A model generated the notes under the pieces. That model worked only from the letters and a program-made list of their open reading frames with translations, ran no database searches and was not told the DNA's origin. A stretch of DNA of 63,937 nucleotides, from the IMG/VR virus record IMGVR_UViG_3300037483_000247, positions 1-63,937 of that record; one strand, given 5' to 3'. Shown here piece by piece: positions 36,198 through 45,958 of the stretch; the first letter of the stretch is position 1, and each line of letters starts with the position of its first letter. The position numbers and the translations under genes were made by a program. This DNA comes from a virus. Lineage: Duplodnaviria; Caudoviricetes.

Positions 36198-36805
36198 GAG
36201 GCATGAAAGTTGCCATTTTTGGCAGCGGCGGGACTGCGTTGGAAACTATCGGATATCTGCACGACGACCCGCGCTACGAGGTCGTGGCAGTGGTGTCCAC
36301 GGAGCAATTTACTAATTCAGATTACGCGGAAAAGTTTAAAGTTTTTTCGCGTGTTCCGACCGAAATTGATGCCTACATAATGGCAGTTACAGATCCATCG
36401 TTGAAACGAAAGTTTGTAACAGAGAACGAGGATAAATGGATTACCTATGCACACCCGAGCGTTATTCTATCGCCGTATGCGAAAGTTGGCCGGGGATGCT
36501 GGTTTGCGCCGGGCAGTTTGATCTGCGGGGATGCCGTAATCGGTCGTTTTGCGACGTATAACATCTATGCGCAGTCTGGGCACGGATGCAAAATTGGGGC
36601 CTATTCGACCTTCAGTCCCTATGCGGAAACGTGCGGCGACTGCGAAGTGGGGGAGAGCGTGTTTTTCGGCGTGCGCGCCGTTGCAATTCCGCGCGTCAGA
36701 ATAGCGAGCGGTGCGAAAGTTTCTGCCGGCGCCGTGGTGCGGCATTCCATCATGGATGCCGTGACGGTTTACGGCGATCCTGCAAAGGCCAGGATTGCAT
36801 GTTGA
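36194..36805 (+). CDS. PglD/NeuD-like sugar acetyltransferase
   Basis: IFGSGG, hexapeptide repeats, AGAVV, G.PA. Confidence 0.85.
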   Translation: MRGMKVAIFGSGGTALETIGYLHDDPRYEVVAVVSTEQFTNSDYAEKFKVFSRVPTEIDAYIMAVTDPSLKRKFVTENEDKWITYAHPSVILSPYAKVGRGCWFAPGSLICGDAVIGRFATYNIYAQSGHGCKIGAYSTFSPYAETCGDCEVGESVFFGVRAVAIPRVRIASGAKVSAGAVVRHSIMDAVTVYGDPAKARIAC

Positions 36806-37437
36806 TCGCGTTCCATCATTATGAGTCGATCGCGTGGTCAGCGGATGAAATTGCGTTGCAGCGGACGTGCGCCGGGCTCATGGTAGCAAGCGTAGTTCGG
36901 TCAACGCCGGGGGCGGAGTTCGTCCAGTTGACAGACCTTGATACGCCCGCGCTGGTGCCCGGCGTGCTGCGATTCGCTGGCACCGGCAACCGCTGCGCTG
37001 ATGCGTGCGAGCAGTTCGCTGCGCTGCCGCCGGATACCGTGATACTGGATACGGATGTCATCGTGCTGGCTGATCTTGCCGAGCTACTGATTTCCGGTGC
37101 CGATCTCGTCATCACGCAGCGTCGTAACACGGAGCGCAAGATCGCGGGGCGCCGGATGCCGTATCTGTTCGGAGTTTGCGCCTCGAGAGAGCCGGGGGTG
37201 TGGCTCGATATGCTCGAGCGCGTGTTGAAGATGACCGGCGAGGACGCCCGTTGGTGGGGGCTACAGATCACGTTTCCTGTCCTGATCGCCGATGGCCGGT
37301 GGAATATCCAGTCCGTGCCATGCGACGTGTGGAACTACACGCCGCGGGCTGGTGAATCTACCGAAGGCCGCAAGGCGCTGCATTACAAAGGCGGCCGGAA
37401 AAAACTGATGGTGCAGGAATGGGGGAATCACGCATGA
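36799..37437 (+). CDS. GT-A fold glycosyltransferase (GT8-like)
   Basis: LDTDV DxD motif, WNY.P, HYKG.RK. Confidence 0.7.
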   Translation: MLIAFHHYESIAWSADEIALQRTCAGLMVASVVRSTPGAEFVQLTDLDTPALVPGVLRFAGTGNRCADACEQFAALPPDTVILDTDVIVLADLAELLISGADLVITQRRNTERKIAGRRMPYLFGVCASREPGVWLDMLERVLKMTGEDARWWGLQITFPVLIADGRWNIQSVPCDVWNYTPRAGESTEGRKALHYKGGRKKLMVQEWGNHA

Positions 37438-37613
37438 CCGTGGAACTCAAGATTGACCGCAATTTGCGATGCGGCTGCGGCGCGCTCGCCTGCGATGACA
37501 AATTCGCCGGGGAGTATGACAAGGATGGATATCTCTGCGTCGCATGCGTGCGCGCCTTGAATGTCATGGCAATGAAACAGGCGAGACGCGACCACGAGAA
37601 GGCGGCGGCATGA
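37434..37613 (+). CDS. Small Zn-finger protein
   Basis: CGCG...CVAC. Confidence 0.5.
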   Translation: MTVELKIDRNLRCGCGALACDDKFAGEYDKDGYLCVACVRALNVMAMKQARRDHEKAAA

Positions 37614-38008
37614 AGTTGCGCGCCGGTGAAGTTCGCTGCGAGGTCACAGTCGAGAAAATTGCGGTTGCTGGTGACGAGGGGTATCTGGAACCAGACTCGT
37701 CATACGGGACTGCGCGCGTAGTGTGGGTGCCCCTCGTAGCGCTGGCGGGAAGCCCGCCTGTAGGTGAGAGGTTCCCTGCGACGATTCAGGATGCGCTGCC
37801 GAGCCGCGCGGAGTCTACCGTGCAGGGATTGGTTGTGGCGCGGAACCAATCAGTCTGCCGCATGCGCTACAGGAACGACATAAATAGTTCCATGAGAATC
37901 ACGGTACACAGGGATGATGACGTTGTGTATGCCATAGTCGCCGGCCCCGCGCAAATTGATGGAATAAAGCAGAGAATAGAGATGGTCTTGGAGCGTGTTT
38001 CGTCATGA
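37610..38008 (+). CDS. Head closure / head-tail adaptor (SPP1 gp16-like)
   Basis: RMRYR.DI...MRI; position in the operon. Confidence 0.8.
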   Translation: MKLRAGEVRCEVTVEKIAVAGDEGYLEPDSSYGTARVVWVPLVALAGSPPVGERFPATIQDALPSRAESTVQGLVVARNQSVCRMRYRNDINSSMRITVHRDDDVVYAIVAGPAQIDGIKQRIEMVLERVSS

Positions 38009-38916
38009 ATGACTCACGCTTTTACGTGTACGTGCATAGTCGCCTACATACTGGGGAACCATTCTATGTAGGGAAAGGGTGTGCTTATCGATGGGCAAGT
38101 AAACACACCAGGACAGCTCATTGGAGAAATATCGTAGCCAAGGACGGCGGTTTTCACAATTCATTCATCGCGAGAGATATGGATGAGGAATTGGCGTTTT
38201 TGGTTGAAGTCGAGATGATCGATAAATTGCGTAGACTTGGCGTGCGATTAACAAATGCTTCAGATGGAGGAGAAGGCCCATCCGGCATGAGGCTTTCGGA
38301 GGAGACAAAGAAAAAGCTATCAATCACACATACAGGGAAGAAGCATTCGCTTGAAACGCGAGCGAAGATGTCAGCATCGCGCATCGGTAAAAATTGGTGG
38401 TCGAAAGGCAAGTCTCTGACCGCCGAAACAAGGGCAAAGATTGCAGCCGCTGGAATTGGGAGGGTGCCTACCGCAGAAACGCGAGCAAAACTATCATTTG
38501 CGAATAAGGGTAGGAAGCCGTCACCGTTAACTCTTGCGCGCGCCGCGGAAGTAAATTCTTCTAGGCCATCTCCGAAAAAGGGTAAGTCTGGACCAAAGCA
38601 TTCTGCCGAGACAAAGGAAAAGATGTCGCTTGCTCATCGTGGGCTGTTGTTTAGCGAATCTCATAAGCGCAACCTATCTATTGCGAAACTTGGGCATGCG
38701 GTTTCCGCAGAAACGCGCGCGAAGATTTCTGCGGCAAACTCTGGGAAAAGCCGAAACGTTGGGCGGAAGGCATCTGAGGAAACGAGACAGAAACTTTCCT
38801 TAGCTCATATGGGATATTGCCCCTCTGATGAGTCACGCGAAAAAATGCGAATTGCACAACTAGCGCGACGAAAAAAGGAGCGCCTGGAAATGCAAATCGA
38901 AAAGGTATCGTCATGA
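38005..38916 (+). CDS. Free-standing GIY-YIG-like homing endonuclease with NUMOD3 repeats
   Basis: FYVY.H.....PFYVGKG...R, LTN..DGGEG, many HS.ET..K(M/I)S repeats. Confidence 0.88.
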   Translation: MNDSRFYVYVHSRLHTGEPFYVGKGCAYRWASKHTRTAHWRNIVAKDGGFHNSFIARDMDEELAFLVEVEMIDKLRRLGVRLTNASDGGEGPSGMRLSEETKKKLSITHTGKKHSLETRAKMSASRIGKNWWSKGKSLTAETRAKIAAAGIGRVPTAETRAKLSFANKGRKPSPLTLARAAEVNSSRPSPKKGKSGPKHSAETKEKMSLAHRGLLFSESHKRNLSIAKLGHAVSAETRAKISAANSGKSRNVGRKASEETRQKLSLAHMGYCPSDESREKMRIAQLARRKKERLEMQIEKVSS

Positions 38917-39037
38917 AAGATTTGCTGCAAATACTACGCGCGTTATTTGCGCCGCCGTGGTTGCGCGCTCCAGGATATCGCGGCCATGTTCCTCCCAGGC
39001 CATTGCCACCGAGGCCATTGCCATCGAGGAAATAGTC

Positions 39038-39289
39038 ATGGACGTTGCACAAGTTCTTTCCGCATTTGATTCCGTAAACGTGATCAGTCTTCGTCCCGGC
39101 GACGTGTTGCTATTCCGGTGCCACGCGAAGTTGACAGACAAGCAACGCGCCACCGCCAGCAAGGTATTGAATGAAACATTCCCGGATCATGACTTCATGA
39201 TCCTCGACGGCGGGCAGGATATTGCCGTGCTGCGACCGGAGCCGGGATGGTTCGGGCGGATGGTCGCATGGGCGAAAGATGGCGCGTAA
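39038..39289 (+). CDS. Hypothetical protein
   Basis: SD GAGG; L.PGD.L motif. Confidence 0.55.
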   Translation: MDVAQVLSAFDSVNVISLRPGDVLLFRCHAKLTDKQRATASKVLNETFPDHDFMILDGGQDIAVLRPEPGWFGRMVAWAKDGA

Positions 39290-39786
39290 TGGCTGAGATT
39301 CACGTCCGAGGACTTTCTGAATTGAATAAGTTCATGTCGGAACTTGCGCCGAAAATTGAGAAAAATATTCTCAGAGGCGCGCTACGCAGTGGCATGAAAG
39401 TTGTGCAGCCGGTTGCTAAAGCTAACGTGCATAGCGTATCCGGGTTGCTCGCGAAGGGATTGAAAATCAGCACGCGAGCGAAGGGCGGGAAAGTGATAGC
39501 CTCATTGAAAGCAACAGGGCCGCATGAATACATCGCAAAATTCCTGGAGTTCGGCACGAAGGCTCACTTCATTACCGCAAAAAAGGGATGGCTGTCATTT
39601 GGTGGAATTTTCGTGAAGTCAGTATGGCATCCCGGTATTAAGAAAGGTCCGTATGCTTTCATGCGTCCTGCGTTAGATGGACAAGCGCAATCCGCGGTGA
39701 TTGCCGCAGCCGAGTATATGAAAAAGCGGCTGGCAACGAAGCACGGCATTGATACTTCTGACGTTATAATCGAGGCCGAATCGTGA
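39289..39786 (+). CDS. HK97 gp10-like tail completion protein
   Basis: V.GL.EL, G.L...L, FLEFGT, FMRPA. Confidence 0.88.
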   Translation: MAEIHVRGLSELNKFMSELAPKIEKNILRGALRSGMKVVQPVAKANVHSVSGLLAKGLKISTRAKGGKVIASLKATGPHEYIAKFLEFGTKAHFITAKKGWLSFGGIFVKSVWHPGIKKGPYAFMRPALDGQAQSAVIAAAEYMKKRLATKHGIDTSDVIIEAES

Positions 39787-40208
39787 GCGGAACGGCGGTA
39801 ATTCGTTATCTGCTCGCGAATGCCGCCGCCGTGGTCGCAGTCGTGCCAGCCGCGCGCATCGTCGCGGGCGATCTGCCGCTGAATACCGCCATGCCCGCAA
39901 TCGCCGTGACGCAGATTGATAGCATCCCGCGCTTGACCGTTGCGATGACCGAAACAAAGCGCATGCATACTGACCGCGTGCAGGTCACAGTTTTTCGAGG
40001 CGCATCGCCAGCCGATGACGGATACCCCGGTCTGAAATCGCTGCTCGATCTTGTGCTCGCCGCGTGTCCGAATCAACGCGGCAGCGTTAATAACATCGCA
40101 GTAGATTCGATTTTGCCTGATACCGAAGGGCCTGATCTGCCGATATTGGAAGAAGCTATTCTTACTCGATCACGGGACTTCATCGTCAGATGGACTGCGG
40201 CGACGTAA
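39783..40208 (+). CDS. Tail terminator (DUF3168-like)
   Basis: Position; P....PAI, RVQV.V. Confidence 0.75.
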   Translation: MSGTAVIRYLLANAAAVVAVVPAARIVAGDLPLNTAMPAIAVTQIDSIPRLTVAMTETKRMHTDRVQVTVFRGASPADDGYPGLKSLLDLVLAACPNQRGSVNNIAVDSILPDTEGPDLPILEEAILTRSRDFIVRWTAAT

Positions 40209-40233
40209 CACCGTTTCACAGGAGTTGTAGCCG

Positions 40234-40255
40234 GCCCGCCTTATGCGGGCTTTTT
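40234..40255 (+). terminator. Intrinsic terminator
   Basis: GCCCGC..GCGGGC-TTTTT. Confidence 0.7.
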
Positions 40256-40291
40256 ATTGCCCGCGTGCGGGTCACTTGAAAGGAAATTACC

Positions 40292-40756
40292 ATGAGCGAA
40301 AGAACTGTAATTGAGGGTCTGGCCGGCGCGACGCTTTCCATCTGCGCCACTCTTCCCGATACGTATGACGAAGCGGGCTACCAGTCAACCGATCTTGTTT
40401 TTACTGCGGTTGGCGAGGTAGAGAACTACGGCAATCACGGAGTGACGGCGAATGTCGCTGAATTTACGCCGATCGACACCGCCGTAGTCACCAAGGTCAA
40501 AGGGTCGAAAAACTACGGAACCATGAACTTGACGATCGGCTGTCTGCCTAGCGATGCCGGGCAGGACATCATCGAGGCCGCAGCGGAATCGAACAATCAC
40601 TATTCCGCGAAGATCGTCTATCCGGACACGAGCATTCACTGGCTCGACGTGCTGGTGTCGAAATTCGAGTGGCAGGACGGGGAGGTCAACTCAATTCGCC
40701 GTATCACGGTGGACTTCGCGATCTGCCGCAAGCCGATCATCACGGCGCAAGTGTAA
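40292..40756 (+). CDS. Major tail tube protein
   Basis: VGEV...G..G, K.KGS.NYG, DAGQ. Confidence 0.85.
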   Translation: MSERTVIEGLAGATLSICATLPDTYDEAGYQSTDLVFTAVGEVENYGNHGVTANVAEFTPIDTAVVTKVKGSKNYGTMNLTIGCLPSDAGQDIIEAAAESNNHYSAKIVYPDTSIHWLDVLVSKFEWQDGEVNSIRRITVDFAICRKPIITAQV

Positions 40757-40851
40757 TCGGGCGATAAGCCCACAACCCGTACCTACCGGCGCGTTGCGTC
40801 CTCTCCTGAGGACCGGCGCGTCGGCAAGGGCAATCTCAGGAGAGAATAATC

Positions 40852-41268
40852 ATGTATTCGCTTGACGATCTGAACGTAACAAAATCGTGCGACACGCCGT
40901 TTGAGTTTGAGGTTACCGACGATCAGACAGGGAAGGGCACCGGAATTTTCTTGTCCGTCATCGGCGGGCACGCGCAACGCATTCTGGATTTTATCCAGAC
41001 CACGATGAACGAACGGCGCACGGCTGATGCGATGGCTGAGAAGCGCGACCCGCGCGGTAAGCAAATCCATATTGTTCCGATCGAGGACGATATCGCTTAC
41101 AGCACCGCGCTGGTTGCGATGCGCGTAGTCGGGTGGCGCGGCATCAAAGACCCGTATACGCCAGAGGGCGCGGTCAAACTCTGCACAATCAACCCTCCGA
41201 TCAAGGAACAGATTCTCGCCAAGAGTGAGAACCTCGCAAATTTTCCGATCGCTGTGCCGACGCCCTGA
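40852..41268 (+). CDS. Tail assembly chaperone (gpG-like)
   Basis: Position; VVGW.GI; ends ..ANF at a slippery site. Confidence 0.8.
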   Translation: MYSLDDLNVTKSCDTPFEFEVTDDQTGKGTGIFLSVIGGHAQRILDFIQTTMNERRTADAMAEKRDPRGKQIHIVPIEDDIAYSTALVAMRVVGWRGIKDPYTPEGAVKLCTINPPIKEQILAKSENLANFPIAVPTP

Positions 41269-41708
41269 TCCTGTACGTTCGGCACAGCGCCTATCTCAAC
41301 GCGCTGGTAGAGAAGCCGGACAACGACAAGTCTAAGTCGCCGCAGTTGTCCCGGTTGGGGAGGTTGCGGAAAGACAAAGAGGACGAGCACTACCAGCCGG
41401 ATATGCCGCCGCTGATCGGGCACGAATATCTGCTCGGTCTGTTTTGGGATATCGGACCGGCAATGAGCGGGGCAATGGGTTCCGGCCCACTGACGCATGC
41501 CGAGATAGAGTCGGCGCAGCGCAACCTGCGGACCGTGCTGTCACCGTGGGAATGCAAAATGCTGCGGCGTTTGAGCATCGAGTACCTGAATGAATCTCAG
41601 CGCGCCGAGAAGTTCGACGCGAAAGCGCCGTGGCAAGAGATCAAACCCGACCTTTCCGGTGTTGCGAAATCAATGCAGCAGTCCATGATGGAGTTGGCAA
41701 ATCTATGA
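41238..41708 (+). CDS. Tail chaperone -1 frameshift extension (gpGT-like)
   Basis: A_AAT_TTT at 41238-41244; -1 frame open to 41708; PLT..EI...L.PWE. Confidence 0.8.
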   Translation, partial: KFSDRCADALILYVRHSAYLNALVEKPDNDKSKSPQLSRLGRLRKDKEDEHYQPDMPPLIGHEYLLGLFWDIGPAMSGAMGSGPLTHAEIESAQRNLRTVLSPWECKMLRRLSIEYLNESQRAEKFDAKAPWQEIKPDLSGVAKSMQQSMMELANL

Positions 41709-44700
41709 TAGCTGGCACCCTCGAAGTGCAAATGCTCGCCAACCTGGCGCGCTTGCAAGGCGATATGACTTCCGCGAAGCGCATGGTCGGCGGCGCGATG
41801 AAGGGGATCGAGTCGTCGGTGGCGATGGCAAAGCGGGCACTCGGCGCCCTTGGCATCGGCATCGGTCTCATCGGGTTCGGGCGCATGATCAAGGGCGCGA
41901 TCGATGCTCAAGATGAACTGTCGAAGCTGTCGCAGAAAATAAATGTGTCAGTCGAAACGCTGGCGGGGTTGAGACACGCCGCTGATTTGGCTGGAGTCAG
42001 CGGGGAGGCGCTTACCAAGGGATTCAAGACACTGTCGAGCCAGATGTTCGATGCATCAATGGGGCTGGCTGAGTCAAAGCGGAACTTCGCGGCTCTTGGC
42101 GTACAGGTGAAAAATACCGACGGCACGCTGAAGGACACGCAAGCTGTGATGCTAGCGGTGGCGGATAAGTTCGCAAAGATGAACGATGGTGCCGCGAAGT
42201 CCGCGCTGGCTGTGAAACTGTTTGGCAAGGCCGGCCTGGACATGATCCCGATGCTCAACAGCGGCAGCGCGGCCATTGCTGAGATGATCGCCGAAGGGCA
42301 GAGATTAAACCCTGTAACTACTGAATCCGCGCGACAGGCTGAGATTTTCAACGATAACATGAAGCGGCTGTCTGGTTCCATTTCCGCAGTTGGCATCAGC
42401 ATCCTGAATGATTTACTTCCGCAATTGTCCGAGATGACGGAGCAAATGGAACTCGCGAGAAAATCAGGAGAGGGATTCTGGAGCACCATGTTCGAGGGTG
42501 CGAAAGCGGCCATGCAAGGGGTGATGGGGTGGACTGCAGCAGGACAACTGCAAAAGATAACTGATGATATCGAGGACGCCTACGAGAACTTGCGCGCGAT
42601 ACAGGCCCGGAACGCCGCCAATCAATCTGCTGTAAACGAAGCCGTCATAAACGCGATCAAGGATCAGATATCGAATATGGTTGTTGAGCGCACAAAGATG
42701 CTGGACATGATAGCCGTAGTGAATGCTTTAGGTGGAGGGAAACCGAGGTCAACCCTTAGCCCGACCATTGTTGACGACGCCGCGCTCAAGAAACAACAAT
42801 CCGCAGCAGATGCAGCGCTCAAAAGTTATGAGAGCATGATCAAAGCGCTCGAACAAAAGCTGCTGCTGGAAAAAGATTCGACCGAAGTTGAGAAGCTGAT
42901 GTTTAATCTAGAGCGGATGCGCACCGATCAATACAAACATCTCACCGTCGCGCAGCTTGAGAATCTTAAAGCAACAGCGCAAGCTGTGGACTTGAAGAAC
43001 GCAGACGAGGCAGCGCTAAAAGCTTATGTGAAAGCAGAAGAAGAGTGGATGGTGGTAATGAACGAGGTCAATGACCTGATGGCAGCACGTAGTAAAGCTC
43101 AAGGCGATGCAGAGTTGGCGATGGAGAAGCAGATCGAGCAGATGCAGTTCGAGACGAAGTTGATCGGCATGACAAATAAGGAACGTGAGATAGCAATTTT
43201 TCTACGTCAAGCCGAAACCGCAAAGATCAGCGAAGGCGCAATCGCGCGCGGGAAAGAAGCCATCGCTGCGAAGAACGCTGCGGAGGAAATAAATCGTTCG
43301 CAGGTTTCGTTCTGGCAGTCTGTCGAGTCCGCGGGACATCAAGCCTTCCTCTCAATTTTCGATACCAGTAAGTCAGTGCTCGAACGAATTCGAGACATGC
43401 TGAAAACGCATCTCATAGATATCCTGTATCAACTCACTGCAAAAAAATGGATATTCAACATCATCGCGAGTATCAGCGGTGCGGGTGTTGCGCAGCAGGC
43501 GATCGGTAGCGTTGGCGACGTGCTATCGACTGCCGGCGGTATTGGTAATCTGTTTAGTGGTGGATCAAATTTGCTGACCATGTTAGGCGGTGGTTCAGGA
43601 TATATGGCAGGCGTGAGCGGGGCCGCGATTGCAGAAAGCACGTTCAGCGGAGTTGGGCTGACGCTTGGTGAGACTGCTGGTGTAGCTATGGCTGAAACTT
43701 TCGGCGCAGGCATTGCTACCGCTATACCGTATGTCGGCTGGGCGCTGGCCGCGTATGGAATTTTGAAATCAATGGGTGTATTCGGCAGTGGAACCTATGC
43801 TCAGGGGACCGGCTATCGGCTGACTGGAAATATCGGGCGCAGCGGATTTAGTGGAGCAACTGCATTTGCGTTAGCAGAAAACGATGGCACGCAGTATCAA
43901 GATTTGATTCCCGAAAGCAACCCGATTTATGCGAAGCAGGCGAGGGACATACAAGCGGCGATGGTCCCTGTATTTATGGACTTTAAGCGAGCCGCTGATT
44001 TGTTGGGTGCTGATTCGTCTATGCTGACCAATATGACTCACGCCGTTGATGTTTTCGTCGGGATGGGGGACACGGCAACCGTGAACGCAGGTTTAACTGC
44101 TGCCGCGATATCTCAGCTTGTTGATCAAGTTGCGACGGAGCTAATTCCGAATATCAACGATTTCAAAACTGAGAGTGAAACGCTTGGACAGACTTTTCTG
44201 AGATTGATCGGCGAAGTAAAAGTTGTCCGGGACATGTTCGAGGTTCTCGGCATCGGCTTGGCGGCGACCGTAGAAATATCCGGCCGGATCACTACTGCCT
44301 TCGGTGGTGCCGGAAATCTGCAATCTCAATTCAAATCCTACTATGATAATTTCTACACGCAGGCCGAGAAAAACGCGATCATTACAAAACAGGTGGCAGC
44401 AGAATTCGCGGCGATGAATCGATCAGTGCCGGAAACACGCGAAGAATTCAAGTTGCTGGTCGCAGGACTTGATCTGACAACCACTGCTGGCATTGAGATG
44501 TTCAAGTCTTTGATGAACGTGCAGGGTGCCTTCGCGACTATCTTCCCTGAAATCATTGACAGCATGGCCTCGCTTGACGAAGCCCGGGCGAACGTCTGGC
44601 GGGCATACGATACCGAAGCCGACAAGCTCAGAAACCTCGCCGAACAGATGGGCGGGTTTGGCAAGAGCCTGCACGACCTCCAGGCTTCGCTGCTGATCGG

Positions 44701-45355
44701 TACCCTGTCGCCTCTAGGGCCGATGGAGCAGTTGGCTGAAGCTCAAAGGCAATTCCGGGATATAGCTTCCAAAGCACGCCTGGGCGATGCGGAGGCGCTC
44801 GCTGCGCTATCCGGGGCTAGCCAAGCATACCTTACCACCGGGCGCGGCGCCTACGCGTCAGGAACGGGCTATAACGTGGTATTTGCCGAGGTTCAGGCGG
44901 CACTCACAGCAGCCGGGGATACTGCAACCCGGGCTGCTGCTAATGCGACCAGCCAGATCAGCCTGCTACAGCAGCAGGTCGAAGAGCTGGTCGGTATCCG
45001 CGCCGGGGTGCAGACCCTTGCCGAAGCTATGGCTATCTTCACCAATATTCCCGGCCATGCCGGCGGGGGTATTGCGAGCGGCTGGTCGATGGTCGGGGAA
45101 AGAGGGCCGGAACTGGTTAACTTCACTTCGCCGGGTCGGGTCTATTCGTCAGCAGATACCGGTTCGATGTTGAGCAACAAAGAGCTGATCGATGAGATCA
45201 AGGCATTGCGAGTTGAGGTCGAGGCGCTGCGGGCAGATACGCGAATTGGGGACACTGCGAACGTCCGGGCAACAAATGCTTCGGGTGACAAGATAGCTAA
45301 AGCAACTCTTGAAGTCGATTACCGGCAAAATATTCGACCGGCGAAGGCCGCATAA
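41705..45355 (+). CDS. Tape measure protein
   Basis: ~1216 aa, helical and Ala-rich; C-terminal HAGGG..VGERGPELV. Confidence 0.92.
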   Translation: MIAGTLEVQMLANLARLQGDMTSAKRMVGGAMKGIESSVAMAKRALGALGIGIGLIGFGRMIKGAIDAQDELSKLSQKINVSVETLAGLRHAADLAGVSGEALTKGFKTLSSQMFDASMGLAESKRNFAALGVQVKNTDGTLKDTQAVMLAVADKFAKMNDGAAKSALAVKLFGKAGLDMIPMLNSGSAAIAEMIAEGQRLNPVTTESARQAEIFNDNMKRLSGSISAVGISILNDLLPQLSEMTEQMELARKSGEGFWSTMFEGAKAAMQGVMGWTAAGQLQKITDDIEDAYENLRAIQARNAANQSAVNEAVINAIKDQISNMVVERTKMLDMIAVVNALGGGKPRSTLSPTIVDDAALKKQQSAADAALKSYESMIKALEQKLLLEKDSTEVEKLMFNLERMRTDQYKHLTVAQLENLKATAQAVDLKNADEAALKAYVKAEEEWMVVMNEVNDLMAARSKAQGDAELAMEKQIEQMQFETKLIGMTNKEREIAIFLRQAETAKISEGAIARGKEAIAAKNAAEEINRSQVSFWQSVESAGHQAFLSIFDTSKSVLERIRDMLKTHLIDILYQLTAKKWIFNIIASISGAGVAQQAIGSVGDVLSTAGGIGNLFSGGSNLLTMLGGGSGYMAGVSGAAIAESTFSGVGLTLGETAGVAMAETFGAGIATAIPYVGWALAAYGILKSMGVFGSGTYAQGTGYRLTGNIGRSGFSGATAFALAENDGTQYQDLIPESNPIYAKQARDIQAAMVPVFMDFKRAADLLGADSSMLTNMTHAVDVFVGMGDTATVNAGLTAAAISQLVDQVATELIPNINDFKTESETLGQTFLRLIGEVKVVRDMFEVLGIGLAATVEISGRITTAFGGAGNLQSQFKSYYDNFYTQAEKNAIITKQVAAEFAAMNRSVPETREEFKLLVAGLDLTTTAGIEMFKSLMNVQGAFATIFPEIIDSMASLDEARANVWRAYDTEADKLRNLAEQMGGFGKSLHDLQASLLIGTLSPLGPMEQLAEAQRQFRDIASKARLGDAEALAALSGASQAYLTTGRGAYASGTGYNVVFAEVQAALTAAGDTATRAAANATSQISLLQQQVEELVGIRAGVQTLAEAMAIFTNIPGHAGGGIASGWSMVGERGPELVNFTSPGRVYSSADTGSMLSNKELIDEIKALRVEVEALRADTRIGDTANVRATNASGDKIAKATLEVDYRQNIRPAKAA

Positions 45356-45364
45356 AGGATCGTC

Positions 45365-45958
45365 ATGCCATATTCAATTCTCGGAAAAAATGCAATGCTC
45401 GATGCGTTGACTGCACTGGCTACGTATTGCGGGTTGTTGACTGCTACAGCTTTGACGGGAGTTACCGGAACGGCATCGACCAATTTGCTGACCAAAGCTT
45501 CACATGGTTTGTCGAATGGCGATCTGGTTATTGCTACCTTGCTGGTCTCGGAAGGTGCTGGTCTGTTCAACGATGTTCCCTACTACGTGATTGGTGTAGC
45601 AGGAAATGATTTCTCACTCACGGAAATTCCTGCCGGTGCTGCCATTGATTTCACCACAGATATTACCGATTGCACGATCACTAAATATGTCGAGTTGACC
45701 GGGGGTTCCCCTGCGTATGCTCGGAAAGCCATCGCTTACAATGCCGCTGCAATTGGTGTTGCTGATGATTCAACCAATGGAGCGGCGTTCGATGTTCCTG
45801 CTGCTGGTGTGGTTGATGCTGTCGGATATTACAGTGCGGTCAGTGCCGGGACTCTATACGCGATTGATCTGGTAACTCAAGAGTCGTTCGGCGCTCAAGG
45901 TGTATTCACGCTTTCCGATGCTGATTTGGATTTGAATGGTGACCGAGTGGCGGCATGA
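45365..45958 (+). CDS. Virion structural protein (tail-associated)
   Basis: GKNAMLD, EL.GG..YAR motif with an inserted HGL.NGD beta domain. Confidence 0.65.
   Translation: MPYSILGKNAMLDALTALATYCGLLTATALTGVTGTASTNLLTKASHGLSNGDLVIATLLVSEGAGLFNDVPYYVIGVAGNDFSLTEIPAGAAIDFTTDITDCTITKYVELTGGSPAYARKAIAYNAAAIGVADDSTNGAAFDVPAAGVVDAVGYYSAVSAGTLYAIDLVTQESFGAQGVFTLSDADLDLNGDRVAA

Noticed and set aside
38005-38916. Group I intron around the GIY-YIG/NUMOD3 gene
   Set aside because: The ORF overlaps both neighbours by ATGA, leaving no room for intron core elements
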